Assembly (NCBI GenBank): GCA_963764725.1
Contig: CAVXTM010000016.1
Location: 256,001 to 320,000 of the forward strand
DNA from: an uncultured Gammaproteobacteria bacterium
Lineage (GTDB): Bacteria; Pseudomonadota; Gammaproteobacteria; JACCXJ01
DNA length: 64,000 nucleotides
Reading direction: 5' to 3'
Shown: piece by piece, positions 22,201-31,031 of the stretch
How the letters are laid out: the number at the start of each line of letters is the position of its first letter
How positions within the stretch are numbered: the stretch's first letter is position 1
Made by a program: the position numbers and the translations under genes
The notes under the pieces: generated by a model
What the model was told of the DNA's origin: nothing
Database searches by the model: none
The model's input: only the letters and a program-made list of their open reading frames with translations

Positions 22201-22336
22201 CGGAGCTGTTCAAGCAGTTCAGGACAACGAGTCGTTCCGGCGCTGGCTGACGGACACGGTGTTCGGGCTGACCTACGAATCATCGGGGGAAGATCCGCGA
22301 GCGAGCATGCGACGCAGCGATCGGTATCTCCGGTAG
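19270..22336 (+). pseudogene. hsdR: Type I R-M restriction subunit HsdR, multiply frameshifted
   Basis: GTG start TTDTSERGLE. Motifs FELKN, QHSAGSGKS, IIIDEAHSSQ, FAFTATPK, KFQTGYDEP, QTLSRLNR across several frames. Confidence 0.92.
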
Positions 22337-22450
22337 ATTCACGCACAATTTCCTGAGCAGCTCTCAAGAACGACTCGAGCTTGTTGACGTGGCGAGTTTA
22401 CTCGCTAGAATGATGCCTTTGTGCACTGCGGCAATTATTGACTCGAATGC

Positions 22451-22534
22451 GCCCTACCCTACGCCCGACGCGACCGTTCTTCTCGTCGGGGCCTTGCGCC
22501 AAACATCGCCACCGGTGAGCTTGGTCGTTTAGGC
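22451..22534 (+). other. Degenerate integron attC site
   Basis: R''-like GCCCTAC at the end of an ORF remnant. Right end GGTGAGCTTGGTCGTTTAGGC resembles L'/R' with one extra T. Confidence 0.55.
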
Positions 22535-22543
22535 GCCTCAGCG

Positions 22544-23347
22544 TCACACCGCCGGAACGGTGCCGCCGTCGATAACGTATTCGCTACCGTTAATCGAGGC
22601 TGCCCGGTCGGAGACGAGGAAGGCCACCAGTTCTGCGACCTCGTCTGGCTGGCCGGGTCGGCCAATCGGAATGCCGCCGAGCGAATTCATCAAACCCTGG
22701 CGGGCTGCGTCTTCGCCGGTCCCGGCTTTTTCGGCGAGACGGACGATCAGGCGATGTGCGGCCGCGGTTTCGATAAATCCAGGCGCAACCGTGTTGACCC
22801 GGATACCCTTGGGCCCGAGTTCCTTTGACAGCCCCTTGCTGTACGTCGTGAGGGCGGCTTTGGCGGCCGCGTAAGCGAGCGTTGCCTCGAATAGCGGCAG
22901 CCGTCGCTGGATGGAAGAGATGTGCACAATGACGCCGTACCGCTGCTTGAGCATTCCGGGTATGAATGCACGATCCAGCCGAACCGCGGGGAATAGGTTG
23001 AGATTGATCTCCTTCTGCCAGTCCTCATCCGTGAGTGCGAGTGCGCCGCCACTCGGTGCACTGGAACCGCCAACTACGTTGACGAGAATGTCGACGCCTC
23101 CGAAGCGCTGAAGCACTTGCTCGGCCACTTTGTCCGCACCTTGGCGCGTGCTGATGTCGGCCTGAACAAACAGTCCCACCGTTTGCCCCTCCGGCAGGGG
23201 TGAACGCGCAGTCGTAGCCACCATCGCACCGCTGCCGACCAGGCGTTGCACGATGGCCTGCCCCATGCCCTCCGTGCCCCCAGTGACCAGGACACGCTTG
23301 CCCGCGAATTCTGTCGGGTCGAACGAAAACCTTGAAGCGGAGGCCAT
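22544..23347 (-). CDS. SDR family oxidoreductase
   Basis: VLVTGGTEGMG, YAAAK, GIRVNTVAPG, IDGG. Start at ATG 23347. Confidence 0.92.
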   Translation of the reverse strand: MASASRFSFDPTEFAGKRVLVTGGTEGMGQAIVQRLVGSGAMVATTARSPLPEGQTVGLFVQADISTRQGADKVAEQVLQRFGGVDILVNVVGGSSAPSGGALALTDEDWQKEINLNLFPAVRLDRAFIPGMLKQRYGVIVHISSIQRRLPLFEATLAYAAAKAALTTYSKGLSKELGPKGIRVNTVAPGFIETAAAHRLIVRLAEKAGTGEDAARQGLMNSLGGIPIGRPGQPDEVAELVAFLVSDRAASINGSEYVIDGGTVPAV

Positions 23348-23676
23348 CACGAGATCTCCAGGCGCTCGATCTTTCCCCCGGTCAGGGTGAAGACGTAGCG
23401 CAGATCGATCGGGCTGCCCGGGAAGTCGCCCGATACCCGACCCGTGAGAATCGTTTTGCCGCCCGCCTGCGCAACGTCGAGTATTTCGACAGTCGGGCGG
23501 TACTTCTTTCCGACCTCCGTCGCCCACTGTCGGATGGCGGCAATGCCTTGGCGGTCCCGTCCCTCATCCCGGACGACGGCAGCTTCACTGAAACTTGCTG
23601 CCACCGCGTCGACGTCTTGGGCGTTCGCAGCTGCAATGTAGTTTGCAACCGGCTCGGTAAGTGTCGTGATCTTCAT
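23347..23676 (-). CDS. SnoaL/NTF2-like family protein
   Basis: YIAAANAQD...F..AVVRDEG...G..AIRQW...VSGDFPGSP..LRYVFTL.GGKIERLEI. Confidence 0.88.
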   Translation of the reverse strand: MKITTLTEPVANYIAAANAQDVDAVAASFSEAAVVRDEGRDRQGIAAIRQWATEVGKKYRPTVEILDVAQAGGKTILTGRVSGDFPGSPIDLRYVFTLTGGKIERLEIS

Positions 23677-23732
23677 GTCGATTCCTTTTCCGCGTGTTGC
23701 ATTCGATTTATTATTGGCTCTACGCTAACCAA

Positions 23733-24122
23733 ATGACAAGAACGCACGAAAAAGTAAGTCACTCACCTGAAAGTGAGCGCCTTGAATACACAGCAGCTTC
23801 CGCTGCGCAGGGTATCGAGCGGGCTCTCAGTTTTCTCGAAGGCCGCTGGAAACTGCTGATCCTTTTTCATCTCTTCGGCGGCAAAGTTCTGCGGTTCTCA
23901 GACTTGGAACGCGCGATTCCGGCGATCTCTCAAAAGATGCTCGCACAGCAGCTTCGCCAGTTGGAAGCCGACGGAATCGTCCAGCGGATAGTCCACAACC
24001 AAGTGCCGCCAAAGGTGGAATATCACCTCACGACTTGGGGACAATCCCTCTGCCCAGCGCTCGATGCCTTGCTGAAATGGTCAGAGAATCGCGGCCGCCC
24101 TTCTGCGGATGTGGGCGCCTAG
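23733..24122 (+). CDS. HxlR family winged-helix transcriptional regulator
   Basis: LEGRWKLLILFHL, RFSDLERAIPAISQKMLAQQLRQLEADG, PPKVEYHLT. Divergent from SnoaL/SDR. Confidence 0.92.
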   Translation: MTRTHEKVSHSPESERLEYTAASAAQGIERALSFLEGRWKLLILFHLFGGKVLRFSDLERAIPAISQKMLAQQLRQLEADGIVQRIVHNQVPPKVEYHLTTWGQSLCPALDALLKWSENRGRPSADVGA

Positions 24123-24176
24123 CTCAAGGTGGAACGGACGGGCAAGAGCAGCCCGCCGTTCACCACAACGTTAGGC
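24117..24176 (+). other. Integron attC site (60 bp)
   Basis: R'' GCCTAGC, L'' GTG[G]AACGG pairing with CCGTTCAC (one extrahelical base), inner stem CGGGC/GCCCG, R' GTTAGGC. Confidence 0.88.
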
Positions 24177-24219
24177 AGCAACCGGGAGCTAGCATCTAGA
24201 ATGGGACGAGGAAAACTAC

Positions 24220-25455
24220 TTGTTTGCCGAAGGTGACCTGGACGCGACGCTGCGAGCCCACCAAGGCACCATTGGTGCAAAGATTGATGCGATTCCTCGC
24301 GATCAGTTCATGAATGCACAACCTGAAGAGATCACCGACCATATCCTGTCTGCGATGACGGTTGATCCGTTGGTGATCTACGAGGATCGCGCGGAGATGG
24401 ATCAGCGTGAAACGAAGATTGACGTTAGCGGATGGCGCGACAGAAATCCGTTCGGCGACCGTGGGCCGATCCACGTCGCTGGCGTCGCAGTATCTGTGTC
24501 GATCCCTTTCACTGGTGACTCGTCCTTGTGGAAGCTAAGGCCGAATCAGCGGCAGTCAGTTTTTCCGCGCGCCACAATTGTTAGTTCGCGTGGAGAGAAT
24601 GCTGGACATGTCCGCATTGACATGGCGCAACCAACTGACGAGGCGCCAGACCGATTCAAAGCACGCTTAGATGAAGAGGTGAAGACCATCCGTTTCTACG
24701 TTCAGGCGCAAAAACAGCAAATTGAAGGGTTCAACGCCGGGCTTCGCGCACAAGTTCTTGCCGCAGTTGGAGCAAGGCGAGACCGGATAAAGAAACACGA
24801 AGGTTTACAGGACATCATGGGCATCCCCTTGAAGCGCAAGGAGGGGGTGCCAGCGCTCGCGCCCGTGAAGATTGCCAGGAAGCTTGTCCGTCCGTTGCCA
24901 CCGCCCCCCAAGTCCGGATACAAACCGGAGCCTGGGATTACGGAAGAAGACTATTCGCATATCTTGTCGGTGATTCGGCACGAAGGCAGGACTTTCGAGA
25001 CAACTCCGAAGACCTATGCCGTTCACGACGAGGAACAGCTTAGAGACATTCTCCTCGCGCATCTGAATGGCCACTATCAAGGTGACGCTACCGGCGAGGC
25101 GTTTCGACGAAGCGGCAAGACGGATATTCGCATCGAGGATGACGCTCGAGCCGCATTCGTAGCTGAGTGCAAGGTATGGAAGGGACCGAAGGAATTGTCC
25201 CAGGCCATCGACCAGCTTCTTGGCTATCTGACTTGGCGCGACTGCAAGGCCGCCATCGTAGTATTCAACAAGCACAACGCGAAGTTCAGCGGGATCATCG
25301 ACGCCGTCCCTGGGGTCTTCGAGGCTCATCCCCGGTTCCAGCGTGTGCGTGCGGCTGAAGGGGCGGGCGAGTGGCAGTTCGACATGACATCTCGTGAGGA
25401 TGAAGGCCGACAGGTGCGTGTTCATGTGTTCGTCTTCAATCTCTTCGTGGCGTAG
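24220..25455 (+). CDS. Cassette-encoded protein with C-terminal PD-(D/E)XK nuclease-like domain
   Basis: DEEQLRDILL...GEAFRRSGKTDIRI...FVAECKVWKG...QLLGYLTWRD. TTG start with GAGG upstream. Flanked by attC sites. Confidence 0.8.
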   Translation: MFAEGDLDATLRAHQGTIGAKIDAIPRDQFMNAQPEEITDHILSAMTVDPLVIYEDRAEMDQRETKIDVSGWRDRNPFGDRGPIHVAGVAVSVSIPFTGDSSLWKLRPNQRQSVFPRATIVSSRGENAGHVRIDMAQPTDEAPDRFKARLDEEVKTIRFYVQAQKQQIEGFNAGLRAQVLAAVGARRDRIKKHEGLQDIMGIPLKRKEGVPALAPVKIARKLVRPLPPPPKSGYKPEPGITEEDYSHILSVIRHEGRTFETTPKTYAVHDEEQLRDILLAHLNGHYQGDATGEAFRRSGKTDIRIEDDARAAFVAECKVWKGPKELSQAIDQLLGYLTWRDCKAAIVVFNKHNAKFSGIIDAVPGVFEAHPRFQRVRAAEGAGEWQFDMTSREDEGRQVRVHVFVFNLFVA

Positions 25456-25457
25456 CC

Positions 25458-25520
25458 GCCCAACCCTCCGCTCAACGCGGACGCGCCGCAAGCGGCGCGC
25501 CGGTTAACGGCACGTTAGGC
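25458..25520 (+). other. Integron attC site (63 bp)
   Basis: R'' GCCCAAC 2 bp after the stop, inner perfect stem CGCGCCGC-AA-GCGGCGCG, L boxes with extrahelical bases, R' GTTAGGC. Confidence 0.92.
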
Positions 25521-25797
25521 GGCACGGGGGCTTGAAGGCTGCTATCGGCCACCAGACGACCTGAGCCAGCCGCTCGAAGCAGACCTTCAATGGCGCGTCC
25601 CGATGGAATCGGTCACTTCTTGGTGTAGCCGACGTTCACAACAGTTCAAGTCAGACCTGCGGTCTCGGCAGCTCACCACGCTTCACGGCGCCAACGCCTA
25701 CGTTTCAAACCGAGGCTGGAGTAGCATTCTTGATTGCGTTATCGACACGTCGAAGATACGATGCCGCCGGTAGATCGACAGCAGACTGGAGGGAGCC

Positions 25798-25990
25798 ATG
25801 CCGTATATTCACTTGCTCGCCGCCGGGCATGAACTACACGCTAAACCGGCCCTTGCTCGACGGCACGTCGCCGGCGCGCCTGAAGGAAATCGGCGCGGTA
25901 GCCCCTGAGATCAAGGACTACAAGAGCTGGCACACGGTCTGGCTCGGTTTGGCAAAACGCGCAGAACGCGAACAACGGTCGTTGGATGCC
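25798..25990 (+). pseudogene. N-terminal fragment of a probable alpha/beta hydrolase
   Basis: RBS GGAG and ATG, then frameshifted NYTLNRPL...EIKDYKSWHTVWLGLAKRAE, truncated. Confidence 0.35.
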
Positions 25991-26436
25991 GACGAACCCC
26001 CCGCCTTCACGCCATTTTTTGCGGTTAACCGCAGAAATTTATGCAACTGGAAGGTTTATTAAGGGAATTGTTTCGGTGAAGGGTGGGTGATGTGGTGGCT
26101 ATGGGCATCGGGAGAGAGAGAAAGCCAGAGTAGAGGGCGATCGGATCGGGGGGTTGGGTATCGTAATCGGGTTTAGGGAACTGTTAATAATGCCTTTCAG
26201 GGTGGGATTAGGGGTAGCAGGCAAAGGGAGGCCGTGACCCGAAGAAGACACCGGGCGGCAGCGCGGGCGTTTGCAAGTTGAAGGGCTACACAGGGGCTGG
26301 GGATCGTGTCGAGCCGGGTGGTCCGACGTTTGTGGGCATCCATGGGCGGTGGATGCGCCGTGAGCTATGGAAGCGGAGTCGTCTCCACAGGCCTGGCAGG
26401 CCGGCTGCGGCCAAGGGGATAGCTTGAGGAGAGGCA

Positions 26437-26907
26437 ATGGTTACACACTTCGACCACATCACGATTGTTGTCCGCGACCTCGACGCGGCCAAACGGTTCT
26501 TCGGCCTGCTCGGGTTTGAACACGACCGCTCGGTCGTCATCTCGGGCGATGTCTTTTCCGAATACATGGGGATACCCGGCATCGAGGCCGAACACGTGAC
26601 ACTGGTGCTGACGGGTGCGGTGCTGCGCGCCGAGGTTCAATTGCTGGCGTACCGGGCGCCGGACCCAGAGCCCAGCCCGCACATCGAGCACTTGAACACG
26701 GTCGGGTTCAACCACGTGTGCTTCGCGGTCGAGGACCTAGACGGCGAATTGGGTCGGTTGCGAGCGGCGGGGATCGAGACGCGAAACGACGTGCTCAACT
26801 TTCACGGCCGCAAACTGGTGTTTCTGCGCGGTCCGGAAGGGATCACAGTGGAGCTTTCGGAACGCTATGACGCAGCGTCTGTTGACTCCGGGACGCCGCC
26901 GAAGTAA
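26437..26907 (+). CDS. VOC/glyoxalase family protein
   Basis: FDHITIVVRDLDAAKRFF, GFNHVCFAVEDLD, FLRGPEGITVELSE. Confidence 0.9.
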   Translation: MVTHFDHITIVVRDLDAAKRFFGLLGFEHDRSVVISGDVFSEYMGIPGIEAEHVTLVLTGAVLRAEVQLLAYRAPDPEPSPHIEHLNTVGFNHVCFAVEDLDGELGRLRAAGIETRNDVLNFHGRKLVFLRGPEGITVELSERYDAASVDSGTPPK

Positions 26908-26968
26908 CGCATGCACCGGAGCCCGCGCAGCTCTGTTCTTGCGTCCCCCGGTTGGTGCCGTGCGCGGG
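26898..26968 (+). other. Truncated attC (left half and inner stem only)
   Basis: GCCGAAGTAACGCATGCACCGGAG followed by a CCCGCGCA...TGCGCGGG stem. L'/R' half is missing. Confidence 0.5.
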
Positions 26969-26982
26969 GATGCTGTGTTCCG

Positions 26983-27568
26983 AAGAAGCCAACAGACACA
27001 GGCAATTTATATGACAGAATCTCCTCCTGGTGGAACGACCAACAGGACCAATCAACGACTGGCATTCATTTTCTCCAGATGGCTATAAGGCTCGCTGCCA
27101 ACAACGACAACGCCCTCGACGTTGGTTGTGGAAGTGGCGGCAGGATAGTCGCTACGCTGCTCGATGCAAGTTACAGGAATCGATGTCTCTGAAGCAATGC
27201 TTAAGTATGCAAGAACGCGCCATCCAGATTCGGATTTTATACATGCTGACATCTGCGAATGGAAACCTCAGGAGCAGTACGATGCGATAATAGCTCGGGA
27301 TAGTATCTTTCACGTACCTTACTCTGAACAACGCAGAGTTATCGGGAAACTGTGTGATGCTCTCGCAAACGGTGGGATAATTCTGTTTACTGCAGGTGGA
27401 GTAGATGGTGAGATAACTGGACAGATGTGCGGGCAGCATTTCTACTACAGCTCATTGGCATAAGAAAAATACTTGAGGATAATGAAAGAGAATGGGTGTA
27501 AGTGCATTCTCATGGAGCGGGATCAACATCCAGAAGAGCATGTGGTCTTTATCGGCGCAAAGGGCTAA
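26983..27568 (+). pseudogene. Class I SAM-dependent methyltransferase pseudogene (AT-richer cassette gene)
   Basis: ALDVGCGSG motif I, frameshift near 27168, in-frame TAA at 27461..27463, no intact start. Frame continues to TAA 27568 inside an attC R''. Confidence 0.85.
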
Positions 27569-27597
27569 CAATCACATTCACCGGAGGGGCGTTAGAC
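27563..27597 (+). other. Internally collapsed attC (35 bp)
   Basis: Exact R'' GGCTAAC containing the stop codon and exact R' GTTAGAC, too close together for a complete site. Confidence 0.6.
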
Positions 27598-27622
27598 GGA
27601 GCGAAGAACGAGGACTTGATCC

Positions 27623-28369
27623 ATGAGTACCGTGAACGAACTCTGGCCGAAGGCTGTCGAGGACGGGTTGATCCCGACCGACAACGCGATGGGCATCATG
27701 ACCGAGGAACCCTCACCCGCGGCCCAGGCGTTCATCGAACTGGCGGCCAGCGCCGGCCGGCCGCTGCTGGAGATCGGTGCGGCCTACGGCAACGCCACAC
27801 TGCCCGCGCTGCGCGCCGGTGGCACGGTGATCGCGAACGACCTTTCGGCCTCGGAACTCGGCGTGTTGGCATCGACCGCGCCAAATGAGGATCGCAAGCG
27901 GCTCGTGCTGATGCCGGCGCGGTTTCCCGATCAAATTCGCCTCGGCGACGGCAGCTTGAGTGGAATGCTTGCCGCGCAAGTACTGCATTTCTTCGATGGA
28001 CCGACGGTCGACCTGGCCTTCCACAGCGCCCTTCGCTGGCTCGAGCCGGGCGGGGCCTTGTACGTGGTCGTGATGACACCCAGCCTGAGCTTCTACAGCC
28101 AGTTCCGGCCGGAGTATGAGAAGCGAGCCCGCCGTGGCGAACGCTGGCCGGGAATTTTCGATCCTCGCACCGTCGCCACGCCGGATTGGAAGGAGAGACT
28201 CCCGCCGATGGTGCATCTCTTTGAGAAAGAGGTGCTGCGGCGTTGCGCGGAGGAGGCCGGCTTCACCGTGGAGACCTTGAAATACTTCTGCTTCCGCCAT
28301 TTTCCAGCGAAGCACCGCACCGACGGTCACGAGTTCCTTACGCTCACCGCTCGGAAACCTGTTGCTTAG
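27623..28369 (+). CDS. Class I SAM-dependent methyltransferase
   Basis: LLEIGAAYG motif I, VIANDLS, QVLHFFDG, WLEPGGALY. Confidence 0.85.
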   Translation: MSTVNELWPKAVEDGLIPTDNAMGIMTEEPSPAAQAFIELAASAGRPLLEIGAAYGNATLPALRAGGTVIANDLSASELGVLASTAPNEDRKRLVLMPARFPDQIRLGDGSLSGMLAAQVLHFFDGPTVDLAFHSALRWLEPGGALYVVVMTPSLSFYSQFRPEYEKRARRGERWPGIFDPRTVATPDWKERLPPMVHLFEKEVLRRCAEEAGFTVETLKYFCFRHFPAKHRTDGHEFLTLTARKPVA

Positions 28370-28380
28370 CTTCTACAAAC

Positions 28381-29917
28381 TCTTGTGCAAAAAAGCAAAG
28401 AGTGTATGCGGGGCCACGACCTGAGAAGGCATACAACGTACTCCGGATAGCGAGTGCGGTGATGAGCACACGACGACCGAAGGTAGTGAGGTAGTACTTG
28501 TAGCGATGTCCAATCTTTTTGATGAGGCCATGGGTGCGCAAGCGTTTCAACCAGTAGGAGGCACGGCCGGTGGAGAGATCCCGGAGATGGGCTCGGAGAT
28601 CGGAAGCGCGAAAGCCGCTGATGTTCCACTCCCCGCGGGCGAGGGTGATAAAAAGGCTATGATCTTCACGGAGGAAGAGATTGAAGCCCCGATAGGAGCG
28701 GTCGTTCTCTCGTATGGGTTTAGCCATTTTGTCGATGGCGTGCAGAGCTGCATTGGGGTTATCGATGCTGGCCATGAAGCTGAGATAGCGTTCAGTGGCA
28801 GCATGCACCAGCTCTCGCAGATCGGGGAGGCATAGATGTTTTTTCGCAGGGGTGCGAGTTCGAATTGCTTGCGCCCATTGCGTTGTTCCACGAAGCGGTG
28901 GTGTTTGAAGAAGGAGACATCGTTGGCGGTGCATTCCACCCGAGCCATGAGACTGAATTTATCGTAGAGCTTGAGGCTCGCTGGCCCCATATGGTGGCGG
29001 ATGCGTGTACCCTGAATGCGGGTGTGAAAATCGTTACCGGCCTCCCCGCTGAAGGCCGAGGTGAGTTTGCGTCCCAAGAAGGTGGCGACGTGTTCTGCCT
29101 TGAGGGCATGCACGGCGGTACGCACGATGGCTTGATAGAGGGGTTGGAAATCGGCTTGGCGGTGGAAGATGACATCGGTCGAGAACTCCACCTGCATGAA
29201 GCTCCAGTGGTAAGCACTGTGAAAGTGACCCACGATGGGGCAGAAGTGCTTGGCCCATTTATCCAGACGACGATGCAAGCCTTTGGGATCGAGGCTATCG
29301 GCAAGCGACTGAGCACGGCGGGGATCGCCGATGGACAAGAAGGCATTATCGGCGCGCTCAAAGGCGATCCCTGCCTTTGCCAGTCGGTGGGCCAACCAGT
29401 GATGGCCGTTCAAGTAGACTTGCAGGCGAAACGGCGCCCAGGTGGGTACTCGGACATAACAGAGCCCGAAGATCTCATCGATGAAATAGAAGTAATAATG
29501 CAAACACTTGCCCGGGGTAGACTTCAAACGGGTCGTATGCTGAAGCTTGTCATGCCAGGGGCGATACGAAGGACAGGCCTCCATCGCCGAGAAGATATGC
29601 ACCAGCCCCGGGTGCTCACCGCGCAAAGCCAAAATCGCTTTGATCCGTTCTTCTTTGCGAAACGCCTTGTAATGGCGGATGAACTCGATTTCCAAACAAG
29701 CCTCAGCGGCCAGCCCCTCGGCATGGGTCCGAAGCGCCTCGCGCAGCGGTTCCGCCCAGCGGGGGTAGTCAAACAGACGCATACCCCGGACACCCAAATA
29801 CCGGGCCATGGCCTCGGCATGGGCGATCTCCGGAAGCGTGCCAGTGATCACGATGCGGTCAAAGCAACAAAGCACCGCGGCGATCTTCTCTTGATGGCGT
29901 TCGACAAAGGGATTCAT
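28381..29917 (-). pseudogene. Putative transposase with C-terminal winged helix, frameshifted near 28830
   Basis: FDRIVITGTLP, GKCLHYYFYFID, YLNGHHWL, SLKLYDK...RVECTAN. Continues in another frame as LPDLRELVHAATERYL...LKRLRTHGLIKKIGHRYKYYLT. Confidence 0.75.
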
Positions 29918-29999
29918 GGTGACAACTCATCTCAATCTTTATTGCCCATCCGCCAGAATAGTACATTTAACACTTTGGTTCCGGCTCTGCCGGGTTAGG
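28381..29999 (-). mobile_element. Unassigned 1.6-kb insertion element without terminal inverted repeats
   Basis: Flanked by direct repeat TTCTACAAAC (28371..28380 and 30000..30009). One long gene. One end carries hairpin CCGGC-TCT-GCCGG. Confidence 0.8.
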
Positions 30000-30159
30000 T
30001 TCTACAAACGCTTGCCGCGCAGGCCACGCCTAAGCCAGCTCCGAGGCGCTACCGGGTCGCCGTCCTGCGCTTTGACCCCTAGGTCCTGTTTGCAACCGAC
30101 GCGCGTGGGAGTAGAGTGACGGTATCTGCTCAAGAACAACAACGGAGCCCGCCGCTGCC

Positions 30160-30860
30160 ATGCGAGTCCTCGCCGTTCATCCGAGCCCCCTCATGTATAC
30201 CCGGATCTACCTGCGCCTCGAGCCGCTCGGGCTCGAGCTGGTCGCGCAGGCCGTGCGGCGCGCGGGCCATGAGGTGCGGATCATCGACCTACAGGTCGAG
30301 ACCCACCGCGATCTCTTCCGACTAATCGAGGGTTGGGCACCGGAGGTCATAGCCTTCTCGTGCAATTACCTCGCGAATATCCCGGAGATAGTGGACCTCG
30401 CCAAGGTCATCAAGGCGGCCCGGCCCCGCTGCTTCGTCTGCGTCGGCGGGCACAGCGCCTCGTTCGTCGCCGAGGAGCTTATCGAGCATGGTGCCGGAGC
30501 CATCGACTGCGTGCTCCGCGGTGAGGGGGAGGCCGGGATCGGCCGGCTTCTCTTGGCCGTCGAGAACGACCGCCGGGCATTAGCCAAGGTGCCGGGCACG
30601 GTGAGCCCGGAGGGACGCGGCCCGCCGCCGATCTTCGTGCAGAGATGCTATGGAAGTTCAACAGCGTCTATGACCCGCGCTTGCAGATCGCCGATCACGA
30701 GCGGCCGGCCAGCTACGAAATACGGCTGCCGCCGCCACCCCAGGAGCGCGTCGAGCGGGCGCAGCTCTACGTCCACGCGACCCGCGGCCGGCAGGGACGC
30801 GCTACCGACGAGGCCACCGAGCGCTTCGTCGAGGAGACCCGCATGGGGACCGGCGGCTAA
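30160..30860 (+). pseudogene. hpnR: Hopanoid C-3 methylase HpnR remnant lacking the radical-SAM domain
   Basis: N-terminus MRVLAVHPSPLMYTRIYLRLEPLGLELVA (B12-binding domain, CVGGHSASF) abuts, out of frame, C-terminus MLWKFNSVY...LYVH..RGR...ERFVEETRMG. No CxxxCxxC. Confidence 0.8.
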
Positions 30861-31031
30861 GGAGAAAAAGGGGACGATACGGAACAATTCACGGTGTTCT
30901 GCGAGAGACCAGCTAGGAATTTTGCTTGAACCGTGGGTATTTCGCTATTGGGATAGCCTCGTAGGCAGCCTGGCCTGTAATTTTAGCTATACGTGAAAGC
31001 TTCGGGTCAATAGCAAGCCTCGGGCTCAAGG

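Noticed and set aside
15388-22336. Programmed frameshifting or phase variation of the hsd genes
   Set aside because: The indels are numerous and not located in homopolymer or simple-repeat tracts, and no invertase or duplicated hsdS is present.
26000-26430. Purine-rich stretch with palindrome TGCGGTTAACCGCA and a CxxCG peptide on the minus strand, possibly an IS remnant
   Set aside because: No recognisable transposase motif or paired termini, so it is too weak to call.
28865-29998. 377-aa plus-strand ORF
   Set aside because: Antisense shadow of the putative transposase, with no motifs of its own.
22336-31000. Integron integrase or attI site
   Set aside because: No ORF with tyrosine-recombinase motifs was found, so the array is reported only as attC sites.
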